Shown piece by piece: positions 1-7,490 of a DNA stretch of 30,525 nucleotides. This stretch comes from Bryobacteraceae bacterium (lineage in GTDB: Bacteria; Acidobacteriota; Terriglobia; Bryobacterales; Bryobacteraceae): assembly GCA_044359315.1 (NCBI GenBank), contig JBIKMK010000001.1, positions 1-30,525 on the forward strand, written 5' to 3'. Position 1 is the stretch's first letter. Each line of letters opens with the position of its first letter. The notes below the pieces were generated by a model, which was not told the origin of the DNA, ran no database searches, and saw nothing but the letters and a program-made list of their open reading frames with translations. Made by a program: the position numbers and the translations under genes.

Positions 1-2
1 GC

Positions 3-164
3 GAACTCTATGCCGATCGCTGGTTGGGCTTTGCTGAGGTGGAGCTATTGGAATTCGTCACCCAGGCCGGCTTTGGCGATACCGGCGTGTGGACGGTGCA
101 CCGGGAAGAGGAAACTCCCCACTTCGAAACGATTCTCGCGCTGGGGCGGAAGCCCCTGCTCTGA
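3..164 (+). CDS. 3' end (partial) of a probable ArsR/SmtB-methyltransferase fusion regulator (SahR-like) or SAM-dependent methyltransferase
   Basis: My frame-3 translation, not in the ORF track because it lacks a start: ELYADRWLGFAEVELLEFVTQAGFGDTGVWTVHREEETPHFETILALGRKPLL*, TGA at 162-164. 'YADxWLGF-E-EL...AGF...PHF-T-LA' resembles the C-terminus of ArsR+methyltransferase proteins (recalled family knowledge). Confidence 0.6.
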   Translation, partial: ELYADRWLGFAEVELLEFVTQAGFGDTGVWTVHREEETPHFETILALGRKPLL

Positions 165-395
165 TGTGAACAAGCCACGTAGCCGTTTCTCGCCCGTTGG
201 GGGCCGGCCCGCGGTCAATCAGCACGTTACCGTGAAGCTTTCGCCCGAGCCTTCTCCCCGAATCACCCCAAAATCCGGCTAAGTAGTTTTTTCCTGTGGA
301 AGCCCAGTCCGGCGACGATAAGCGGTTCATACAAGAAGAACCAGACTCCAGCCGGCAGTCAGCGGCGGAGCTATTGATTGGAAGGGCAGCGTCTT

Positions 396-671
396 ATGGA
401 TATTAATCCTACCCGTCCCGACGCCGCACCGGTCCTCCTCGTGGACCAGGCTTTACCGGCCCGCGAGGTTGCCGAGCGGCGTGAGCTGGTGAAAGCCGTT
501 CGGGCGATCAACGAAACTTCGGCTCTGGGCCAGAACAATGAGCTGACCTACGCCGTGGACCGGGACACCCGCCGCACGGTGGTCCGCATCATCAACAAGC
601 AAACCCGCGAGCTGGTGGCCCAGTTGCCATCCGAGCAGGTGTTGGAACTGGCTCGCCAGATAAACAAATAA
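396..671 (+). CDS. flaG: Flagellar protein FlaG
   Basis: LVKAVRAINE...LTYAVDRDTRRTVVRIINKQTRELVAQLPSEQVLELA matches the FlaG pattern (F.VD..T...VV.V.D..T.EVIRQIP.EE.L..A). ATG at 396 preferred over the track's 378 start. Confidence 0.85.
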   Translation: MDINPTRPDAAPVLLVDQALPAREVAERRELVKAVRAINETSALGQNNELTYAVDRDTRRTVVRIINKQTRELVAQLPSEQVLELARQINK

Positions 672-678
672 ACAAATA
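660..678. repeat. 8-bp tandem direct repeat (TAAACAAA x2) spanning the flaG stop codon
   Basis: Read directly: a-TAAACAAA(661-668)-TAAACAAA(669-676)-ta; AT-rich in a GC-rich context. Confidence 0.8.
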
Positions 679-712
679 GTTGCGCCCGGCTCCGTGGGGA
701 GAGTTTTCCCAC

Positions 713-740
713 TGAAGGAGCAGGCGAGACAAGCCGATAC
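713..740 (+). promoter_or_regulatory. Probable sigma28 (FliA) promoter of fliS
   Basis: TGAAG(713-717)-N15-GCCGATAC(733-740) versus enteric consensus TAAAG-N14-GCCGATAA. fliS ATG is at 752 and fliA is present in the window. Confidence 0.6.
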
Positions 741-751
741 TGCAAATAGCA

Positions 752-1144
752 ATGACGGCTTACGGCGCTCACGAAACCTACCTGGAAACGACGGTCCGCA
801 GCTCTGACCCTCTTGATCTGACCCGGCTTCTCTACCGGACGGCAATCGATGCGCTGCGCCAGGCGGCCGCTGCTCAACGCGCCGGCGACATCGCCACGCG
901 AGGCCGGCAGATAAGCCGAACGCAAGCCATTGTGGGCGAGCTACTGACGGCTCTGGACGAACGCCAGGAGATCTCCCGCCGGCTGGCACCGCTTTACGAG
1001 TACCTGCTGCATATCACCCAGGTGGCCCAGGTGGAACAGCGGACCGAGCCGCTGGATGAAGCCCGCAGGTTGCTGGAAACTCTGCTGGAAGCCTGGCAGC
1101 AAGTAGAACTTCCCGCGGACGCCGACGCGGCCACCGCGGCTTAA
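752..1144 (+). CDS. fliS: Flagellin export chaperone FliS
   Basis: AY..YLETTV.S.DP..L..LLY..AI..L..A...GDI..RG..ISR.QAI..EL...LD...EIS..L..LYEY; typical FliS, 130 aa. Confidence 0.9.
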   Translation: MTAYGAHETYLETTVRSSDPLDLTRLLYRTAIDALRQAAAAQRAGDIATRGRQISRTQAIVGELLTALDERQEISRRLAPLYEYLLHITQVAQVEQRTEPLDEARRLLETLLEAWQQVELPADADAATAA

Positions 1145-1288
1145 GGCATCGGCGGTCAGCGTTCTGGCGTTGCACCGGTGACGCAACGGCCTCTGGTCCG
1201 TTGAGCGATTAAGCCCATTCGAGTCTAGACTCCGCCCCACTTCACCCGCCGTGCTGGCTGGGCCCAGTCCGCCTCACCTTGCCTGGCG

Positions 1289-1317
1289 CGGACAGCTGGC
1301 GTACGCCCGGCTATAAT
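1289..1317 (+). promoter_or_regulatory. Putative sigma70-type promoter of the DNase II gene
   Basis: CGGACA(1289-1294)-N17-TATAAT(1312-1317): perfect -10, 4/6 match at -35, optimal spacing. Confidence 0.55.
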
Positions 1318-1446
1318 CGTGGCTCGCACTAAATCTGCGAGTATTCTTTCTTCGCCCCCCCGGGCGGGTGGTCTCTCGCGTCTCGGTGTCGAGGCGAAAG
1401 GCGAATGATGGCGACTACCCCGGTTTCGGACAACGCAAAAGTATCG

Positions 1447-2658
1447 ATGCGCCGCAGGACGCTGGCCCTGGCGCTGCTGGTGGTTCTGGCATCCACGACG
1501 GCCAGGGCGGCGGCGCCGGTTCCGCTGGTGGCCAAGGGGCGCGCCGTGAACTGGTGGTTTGTCTTCAAGTTCAATAGCGGCACCGCGCCCGGCTGCGCGG
1601 GAACAGCGGTCCGAACGTGCCGGTTTGGGGGCACGGTGCAGGAAGGCGATCGATTCAGCCAGCAGTTTGTTTTTGCCAGCAACAAGAGTCCCATCCTGCG
1701 CGAAGGTGGAGGCTGTGTGGGGACCACCCAGGAGGACCCGGTAGGCGCAACCTTCGACCAGATCTACAACGGGCAATTCTTCTATGTCGTCTGGAACGAT
1801 CAATTGGAGGGTCGCCCGATCCCGGACCGGGGAAGCCCAGGTGGGCATTCCAAGGGGATGCTGGCCTGGGATGAGAGCGGCAACGGTGTGGTGATGCAAG
1901 TGACCACCCCGTCCTGGCCTGGCTCCGGCAGCGCGTCCGCCCCGCGCCAAGGGGAAGGCAACACTTTGGGCTGTTTGGAGCGGAATAATGTTTTGGTCAG
2001 CCAACACTTTTTCGCTTTACGATTGAAGAAGGCCGGGGTGGTGACCCTGTTGAAGGCTTTGATCAACGCCAATGTCGTGACCAGCGCCACGAAGCCGGAA
2101 CTGGTGCGCAACGGCGGCCCGGCGGAGCTCCAGACCCTGGTCGGCCAACTGGGTACAGCTGCCCGGAGTACGACACCCACCGTCGACAAACTGCCCGGCG
2201 GCGTCACTTTAATCTCCAAGCCGTCGGGCCTTCATGTGCCGCCCTGGCAGATGGCCTCAGCTCTGCTGGGTGGCCAGCCTTTGCGGGCCGCCACTTGGTG
2301 GCTGCAACCGTTGATCCCCACCACCACCGCCACGACGCCCATCGGTTGTTGGTCACCCGCCTTAGGCGCACCCGGCCCCGTGGAGATTGCCACCACCGGC
2401 ACCTGGAACAACAAGCCGATCGGCTTGAAAGGGTCACCTTCGCCACAGGGTAATCACGCCAAAATCGGTGTTTCCCTGGGCAAGAAGCCGATGGCCATCT
2501 TTGCGGATCTCAACCAGCAGGGGGCGCTGTCAGGTGTCCCGTCGGTCTGCGACAACAGCCAGAACGGCCGCGGTGGACTGTTTTTCGTCCTGAGCAACAA
2601 GAAGCTGGCGGCCAGTGTCGGCGCGTTGATCAAGGGCGAGACGGCACCGGCGCCGTAG
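1447..2658 (+). CDS. Secreted deoxyribonuclease II family protein (PLD superfamily, two HxK motifs)
   Basis: Signal peptide MRRRTLALALLVVLASTTARA-A; N-terminal VNWWFVFK (DNase II 'VDW+++YK'); GHSKG (His codon 1846) and NHAK (His codon 2455); 'P.WP', 'SQHFFAL', 'ISKP...PW' and C-terminal 'DLNQ...SQNGRGG' as in DNase II. ATG 1447 preferred; 1405/1408 are alternatives. Confidence 0.8.
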   Translation: MRRRTLALALLVVLASTTARAAAPVPLVAKGRAVNWWFVFKFNSGTAPGCAGTAVRTCRFGGTVQEGDRFSQQFVFASNKSPILREGGGCVGTTQEDPVGATFDQIYNGQFFYVVWNDQLEGRPIPDRGSPGGHSKGMLAWDESGNGVVMQVTTPSWPGSGSASAPRQGEGNTLGCLERNNVLVSQHFFALRLKKAGVVTLLKALINANVVTSATKPELVRNGGPAELQTLVGQLGTAARSTTPTVDKLPGGVTLISKPSGLHVPPWQMASALLGGQPLRAATWWLQPLIPTTTATTPIGCWSPALGAPGPVEIATTGTWNNKPIGLKGSPSPQGNHAKIGVSLGKKPMAIFADLNQQGALSGVPSVCDNSQNGRGGLFFVLSNKKLAASVGALIKGETAPAP

Positions 2659-3016
2659 GGCTGGCCGGGTCAGGCTCGGTGCCCGCGGCGGAGGAAGGAC
2701 TGGCCGCCGGGCCGGACTTCCGCAGGCTGTCCGTGACCATCTTTGCCAAGCCGAATCCCCCGCTGGCCGCCATCACTTTGGCGAACTCCTGTTCCGCGAA
2801 TTCGATCATCGTGGAACCGGAGGCATCATCGCCCCCGCCCATCCAGCCCGTCTTGCCATCGGCCCGCATGGCTTGCAGCATCTGGCCGATCATCAGCGCT
2901 TCAAACTGAGAGGCGGCCTTCTGGATGTTCTCCGGAGAGTTGCGCGTCGAAGGTGCGGTGCTGGGTTCAGCAGCGGGGTTGGCGGCCGGGGTGAGGATGG
3001 GGATGGCGGGTGACAT
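2630..3016 (-). CDS. flgJ: FlgJ-like rod-binding protein (N-terminal rod-cap domain only, no muramidase domain)
   Basis: KAASQFEALMIGQML.AMR...M.EFAEQEFAKVMA.SGGFGLAKMV...L; directly downstream of flgI; 128 aa. Confidence 0.85.
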   Translation of the reverse strand: MSPAIPILTPAANPAAEPSTAPSTRNSPENIQKAASQFEALMIGQMLQAMRADGKTGWMGGGDDASGSTMIEFAEQEFAKVMAASGGFGLAKMVTDSLRKSGPAASPSSAAGTEPDPASPTAPVPSRP

Positions 3017-3027
3017 GAGGCGTGGCT

Positions 3028-4122
3028 CTAGATCACTTCCAGAATGGCTTCAATCGCTCCTGCGGCGCGCAGGTTCTGGAAGATCGCGATCACATCGCGT
3101 GGCGTCGAGCCAATCGATTGCAGGGCCCGGACCAGTTCTTCCGCCGTTGCTCCATTCTTCAGCACCAGATTGCGGGTCTTCTCTTCTTTCACGCCGACGT
3201 TCACGTTCGGGGTGACCACGGTTTGCCCTTGAGACAGCGGGGCCGGTTGTGACACGTCAAAGGTGGTCTGCACCTCGACACTTAAGGTGCCGTGCATGAT
3301 GGCCACTGGCGAGATGCGGACCTGCTTGCCCATGATGATGGTGCCCGTGCGCTCGTTGAGGATGATCTTGGCCGGGCGGTCCGCCATGACAGTCAGCCCT
3401 TCCATTTCCGCCAGAAACTCGGCGGTCCGAGGCCGCCACTCCGGTGGGGTGGTGATGGCCACGAGGCCGGAGTTCTCCGCCTTCGCCACCCCACCCTGTT
3501 CGGAGAACCGGCGGTTGATGGCATCGGCCACGCGGGCGGCGGTGGAGAAGTCCGGCTGCCTCAGCTGGACGCGGATCACGGGCCCGGGGGTGACCGAGGG
3601 GGCCGCCTTTTCGACGATCGCCCCATCCGGGATCCGGCCCGCGGTCGGATGGTTCACGGTTTGCGCATTGGCCGCACCACGGCCCGCGACAAAACCGCCG
3701 GTCACTACCGCCCCCTGGGCCACCGCGTAGACATCGCCGTTGGCGGCCTTCAACGGCGTCAGGATCAGTTGCCCGCCCTGCAGATTTGCGGCATCACCCA
3801 AGGCCGCGACGTGAACATCAATGCGGGTGCCGGGCTGGGCAAAAGCCGGCAGATTGGCCGTCACCAGCACGGCCGCCATATTGCGGACCAGCATCGCCGT
3901 CGGCGAAACCTGGACCCCCATCCGGTCCAACATATTGGCCAGCGTCTGCGCGGAAAAGAACGTTTGGCGCTTGTCGCCGGTGCCGTTTAGGCCCACCACC
4001 AGGCCGTAACCCAGCAGTTGGTTTTCACGGACGCCTTCAATGGTGACCAGTTCTTTGAGCCGGGTCACGGGTTGCGCGTTGGAAGAGACGGCGAAAGCCA
4101 GGAGTGCCAGTGTAGTGATCAT
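3028..4122 (-). CDS. flgI: Flagellar basal-body P-ring protein FlgI
   Basis: Signal peptide, then RLKELVTIEGVRENQLLGYGLVVGLNGTGD, NERTGT and C-terminal PRDVIAIFQNLRAAGAIEA.LEVI. Confidence 0.97.
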   Translation of the reverse strand: MITTLALLAFAVSSNAQPVTRLKELVTIEGVRENQLLGYGLVVGLNGTGDKRQTFFSAQTLANMLDRMGVQVSPTAMLVRNMAAVLVTANLPAFAQPGTRIDVHVAALGDAANLQGGQLILTPLKAANGDVYAVAQGAVVTGGFVAGRGAANAQTVNHPTAGRIPDGAIVEKAAPSVTPGPVIRVQLRQPDFSTAARVADAINRRFSEQGGVAKAENSGLVAITTPPEWRPRTAEFLAEMEGLTVMADRPAKIILNERTGTIIMGKQVRISPVAIMHGTLSVEVQTTFDVSQPAPLSQGQTVVTPNVNVGVKEEKTRNLVLKNGATAEELVRALQSIGSTPRDVIAIFQNLRAAGAIEAILEVI

Positions 4123-4140
4123 AGAGTTGAATGGAAAAAA

Positions 4141-4860
4141 CTAGAACGGCAAGATGCCCATCATGATGCGGTAAAGGATGTTGGGGCGGCGAATGGCGTC
4201 ACCGACGACGCCCTTGCCTTCAATGGAGATCTCCATCTGGCCCACCCGGTCCGAGGTGATGCGGTTGGTGGCGGACAGGTCGTTCCAGCGGACCACGCCG
4301 CGCAAGCGCACGCGCTGCCGTTCGGAGTTCGCCTGGACATCCTTTACCCCTTCGATTACCAGAAATCCGTTGGGCATGACATCAACGACGCGGGCGGTGA
4401 GCGTTGTCGAAAGCGTATTGGTGCGGCTGGTGGACCCCTGGCCTTGCATGGTGGCCGACGTGGACAGCTCCAGCGCCGAGGTCAGTGCAGGGACATTGGC
4501 GCGCGGTCCGGCCACCGCCGGGATGGAGGCCGTGGCGGCCGACTTGCGTGACGTATTCGAGACGCCGCTGGACACCGCCGACGCCGTATCGCTGACCACC
4601 ACCGTGACCAAGTCGCCAATCTGCGAGGCCCGCAAATCACGGCCGATGTCCCCGAACCGTCCCGACACGCTGTAGAGCGAGCCCGGCGAGGGCTGAAAGT
4701 TACTGGCCGCGGCATCGCGCGCGGAGCGGACGTAATCTTCCAGCGGCGTGAGCTTCGGGACCTTCTTGGCGCGCGCATAGACCGGAGCCACCTCCCCGGC
4801 CACCAGGATCACCCAGAGCGCCACCGACAACATCAGCCAACGGTTAGTTCGTTCCATCAT
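4141..4860 (-). CDS. flgH: Flagellar basal-body L-ring protein FlgH (no lipobox cysteine)
   Basis: PGSLY...D.RASQIGDLVTVVV.D...TARVVDVMPNGFLVIEG.K.V..NSE...RLRGVVR..D...N.I.SD.V...GKGVV; lies between flgA and flgI. Confidence 0.93.
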   Translation of the reverse strand: MMERTNRWLMLSVALWVILVAGEVAPVYARAKKVPKLTPLEDYVRSARDAAASNFQPSPGSLYSVSGRFGDIGRDLRASQIGDLVTVVVSDTASAVSSGVSNTSRKSAATASIPAVAGPRANVPALTSALELSTSATMQGQGSTSRTNTLSTTLTARVVDVMPNGFLVIEGVKDVQANSERQRVRLRGVVRWNDLSATNRITSDRVGQMEISIEGKGVVGDAIRRPNILYRIMMGILPF

Positions 4861-5704
4861 CGCCCTCCACTTTCACTTGGCCTGGACCCGCGACCACTCC
4901 ACGAAAACGTTGGCCCGAGGTGAGATTCTTCAGTACGATCCGGTCTCCGCGCCGCCCGCCGGTCTCGGCCTGCGCATCCAGGCTCAGCCTGGCTTGGCCC
5001 GCTTCCACGGTCACGCTTACCTTGTCACCCGCCGCCACCTCGCGTGGTTTGGTCAGCAAGCTCGGCACCAAGGGGGTGCCGGTCCGCGCGGTGCGCCGGA
5101 CGGTCATACCCACCAGGGCGTCCAGGTGATCGGGCGTTGGTGTGGCTGAAGGATGCTGGGGCAGGCGCTCCAGGCGGATATCTTCCGGCTTCAAGATCTC
5201 ACCCGGGGTGAGGTCGCGCGCGGCCAACGCGGTGAGCCGCTCAACGTGGACGTCCACCTTGGCCCACACCGGATAGCGGCGGCCATCGGTGCCTTGGATG
5301 TAGCCTCGCCACAGGCCGTTGATCCCCAAACCCAATCGCGGAAACTCGACGTTGCCGGTTGGGACAGGCTGCTTGAAGAAGTCCAGCAGGCGCAGCGACG
5401 CCTCCGGAAAAACCCGCTCCATCGCCGCTCGCAATGCGCCGGAGTCGAGCAACGCCCAAGGCCGCACGACGCAAACATCCGCCGGCACGCTGATCGATAA
5501 CCCCTGCTTCTGCGCAAAGGCCGCCAGCTCGACACCCAGGATGGTGCGCCGCACGCCGAATCGAGGTGCAAAGCCGAACACCGCCGTGGCGGGCAGGTCG
5601 GCCATGGCCGGTACGCGAGCCGCCAGATGCGAGGCTCGGATCTGGTCGTCCGCCACGGGGAGACACCCCGATGCCGAAAGTAGCGCGGTCACTAGTGCCG
5701 TCAT
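4844..5704 (-). CDS. flgA: P-ring formation chaperone FlgA
   Basis: SAF-like and C-terminal domains: AARDL.PGE.L..ED, LVG.TVRR...G.PL....L..P..V.AGD.V.V.V.AG...LS..A.A...G..GD.I..KN..SG. Confidence 0.88.
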   Translation of the reverse strand: MTALVTALLSASGCLPVADDQIRASHLAARVPAMADLPATAVFGFAPRFGVRRTILGVELAAFAQKQGLSISVPADVCVVRPWALLDSGALRAAMERVFPEASLRLLDFFKQPVPTGNVEFPRLGLGINGLWRGYIQGTDGRRYPVWAKVDVHVERLTALAARDLTPGEILKPEDIRLERLPQHPSATPTPDHLDALVGMTVRRTARTGTPLVPSLLTKPREVAAGDKVSVTVEAGQARLSLDAQAETGGRRGDRIVLKNLTSGQRFRGVVAGPGQVKVEGDDGTN

Positions 5705-6492
5705 CGCCCGATGTTGTTTACTTGCTGATACATTTCGTCTGCCGCGCGGACCACCTTGGAGTTGGCTTCATAGGCGCGCTGGCTGACGATCATGTTGATG
5801 AACTCTTCCACCACCGACACATTGGAGCCTTCGGTATAGCCCTGCAAGAGAGCCCCCAGACCTTCCTGCCCGCCGGGCAGGCCAATGGTGGGGTCGCCGG
5901 AAGCGTCAGTGGGCATGTAAAGGTTGTGGCCGATGGCATTCAGGCCGGCCGGATTGTTGAAGTTGGCCAGCTGGATCTGCCCGGCGGTCTGAGAAGCGGC
6001 CTGACCGGGCAGGTTGTAGCTGACCACGCCATCGGCGGCGATGGTGATTTTCTGCGCCTCGGCCGGGATGGTGATCTGCGGCTCCATCGGGTCGCCTTCA
6101 GCAGTGACAATGTTGCCGTCACGATCCATCTTGAAGCTGCCGGACCGGGTATAGGCCGTTTCACCGGTCGGCCGGCGGACCTGGAAGAAGCCCTTGCCTT
6201 GGATCACCATGTCCAGCGGGCTATCGGTCTGCGTAAAGTCGCCTTGCGAGAAGACGATGGCGTTGGAGACCGGCCGCGTGCCCAGACCTAACTGCAGGCC
6301 GCTGGGGATCACGGTTTGTGAGCCGGCGGCCGCGCCCGGTTGAATGAAGTTCTGGTAGAGCAGATCTTGAAACTGTGTCCGCCGCTGCTTGAAGCCCACC
6401 GTGTTGGAGTTGGCCAGGTTGTGGGCGATGTTATCGACGTTCATCTGCTGGGCCTGCATGCCGCTGGCCGCGCTAAAAAGTGCTCGGATCAA
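5701..6492 (-). CDS. flgG: Flagellar distal rod protein FlgG
   Basis: MIRALFSAASGMQAQQMNVDNIAHNLANSNTVGFK...GEIAYTR-like (GETAYTRSGSF)...EGSNVSVVEEFINMIVSQRAYEANSK; TTG start preceded by SD GAGGAG. Confidence 0.97.
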   Translation of the reverse strand: MIRALFSAASGMQAQQMNVDNIAHNLANSNTVGFKQRRTQFQDLLYQNFIQPGAAAGSQTVIPSGLQLGLGTRPVSNAIVFSQGDFTQTDSPLDMVIQGKGFFQVRRPTGETAYTRSGSFKMDRDGNIVTAEGDPMEPQITIPAEAQKITIAADGVVSYNLPGQAASQTAGQIQLANFNNPAGLNAIGHNLYMPTDASGDPTIGLPGGQEGLGALLQGYTEGSNVSVVEEFINMIVSQRAYEANSKVVRAADEMYQQVNNIGR

Positions 6493-6572
6493 ATGCTTAA
6501 CTCCTCGTGTCGGACTTGTCGCGCTGCCCCGGCCGGGGGCCTGGGGGCGCTGGAACTCGAATGCCTTGCTGG

Positions 6573-7298
6573 CTAGCTGACGCGGGCGACATCATCCACG
6601 GCTTTCTTCGACATTTCGCCGTTGATTGAAAGCGCGCGGTTCAGCATCTCGAACTGGCGCATGACGTTCACCAGCCGCACCGCCGTCTCGGGAGCGTTGA
6701 CGTTGGACGCTTCCACCGTGCCTTGACGGATTTCCACGCCCCGAGCGTCTATCGGCTTAGGCGAGGAAAAGCTGAAGTAGTTGCCCGCCTGCTTTTCAAA
6801 ACCCGTCTGTGGCGCGAAGTCCACCACCGACAGGCGGCCCAGCGTTGCGCCACCCTGACGGATCGTGCCATCCAGCGCAACCTGCAGATCGAGGCGCGGA
6901 TTCAGCTTCGCCGGCCGGCCGTCAGCGGTCTTGATCTCCACCTCATAGCCTTCCGCCGTCGTGAGTGAGCCCGTGTTGGACACCCGAAAACTTCCATTGC
7001 GGGTGTAGAGCGGACCGGCTGGCCCCTTGGCCACAAAGTACCCCTTGCCGCTGAGGCCGAAATCCAACTGGCTGCTGCTGGGGGTGAGCGGACCTTGGCT
7101 GAAGTCGGTCCACTTGCCCTCCACCACCGGCGACACCGCCGCTTCGCCTAAAGCTTCCTCAGAGAAATACTGCCGATACATCTCGCGGTCGGCCTTGAAG
7201 CCCGTAGTCGAACTATTGGCGATGTTGTGAGACAACATGTCCAGCGCTTCCATCCGCGAACGCAAGCCACTGGCCACCAGTACGGTGAATTGATCCAT
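6573..7298 (-). CDS. flgF: Flagellar proximal rod protein FlgF (hook-basal body family)
   Basis: ASGLRSRMEALDMLSHNIANSSTTGFKAD...YTRNGSF...QGTVEASNVNA.ETAV.LVNVMRQFEM; first gene of the flgF-G-A-H-I-J run. Confidence 0.92.
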   Translation of the reverse strand: MDQFTVLVASGLRSRMEALDMLSHNIANSSTTGFKADREMYRQYFSEEALGEAAVSPVVEGKWTDFSQGPLTPSSSQLDFGLSGKGYFVAKGPAGPLYTRNGSFRVSNTGSLTTAEGYEVEIKTADGRPAKLNPRLDLQVALDGTIRQGGATLGRLSVVDFAPQTGFEKQAGNYFSFSSPKPIDARGVEIRQGTVEASNVNAPETAVRLVNVMRQFEMLNRALSINGEMSKKAVDDVARVS

Positions 7299-7311
7299 CT
7301 GCCAACTTCGT

Positions 7312-7329
7312 TTGCATTTTTCGGGCCGA
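7312..7329 (-). promoter_or_regulatory. sigma54 (-24/-12) promoter of the flgFGAHIJ operon
   Basis: Minus strand reads TCGGCCCGAAAAATGCAA: GG-N10-GC with TGCA at -12; 15 nt between the -12 C and the flgF ATG. Confidence 0.65.
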
Positions 7330-7391
7330 AGTTAAAACTACTGATTTTGTGGGCGATATGTCGGAAGAGAGACCATGACGAAGCGCCATAG

Positions 7392-7458
7392 TTTTGCCTG
7401 GCGGCAAAATCTTGACGCCTTTAGCACCTCTGGAAGGCGAGTCAAATCAGTCATTTGA
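7392..7458. promoter_or_regulatory. Cluster of inverted repeats, candidate enhancer-binding-protein (FleQ/FlrA/NtrC-like) sites
   Basis: TTTTGCC-N4-GGCAAAA (7392-7409, perfect); TTGAC-GCCTT...AAGGC-GA-GTCAA (7412-7445, imperfect); TCAAAT-N5-ATTTGA (7442-7458, perfect). All lie between two divergent sigma54 motifs. Confidence 0.55.
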
Positions 7459-7461
7459 GGT

Positions 7462-7479
7462 TTGGCCCGCGGCATGCAT
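7462..7479 (+). promoter_or_regulatory. sigma54 (-24/-12) promoter of the fliK-flgD-flgE... operon
   Basis: TTGGCCCGCGGCATGCAT: GG(7464-7465)-N10-GC(7476-7477); same GGCCCG-N4-ATGCA core as the divergent flgF promoter. Confidence 0.7.
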
Positions 7480-7490
7480 CAGCCAGGGCC

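Noticed and set aside
294-321. GACGATAA upstream of flaG as a sigma28 -10 element
   Set aside because: No TAAAG/TGAAG-like -35 at 14-15 nt spacing, so not supportable as a promoter call.
10-330. Track ORFs 10-282 (+) and 58-330 (-)
   Set aside because: No recognisable motifs; the frame-3 partial ORF ending at 164 explains the coding signal better.
1213-1240. TTCGAGTC resembling a tRNA T-loop
   Set aside because: No acceptor stem, D-arm or anticodon arm can be built on either strand; it is part of a simple palindrome.
1297-1312. GG-N10-GC spacing (TGGCGTACGCCCGGCT) upstream of the DNase II gene as a sigma54 promoter
   Set aside because: Lacks the T before the -12 GC and the GGCCCG/ATGCA core of the two flagellar motifs; the overlapping TATAAT promoter fits better.
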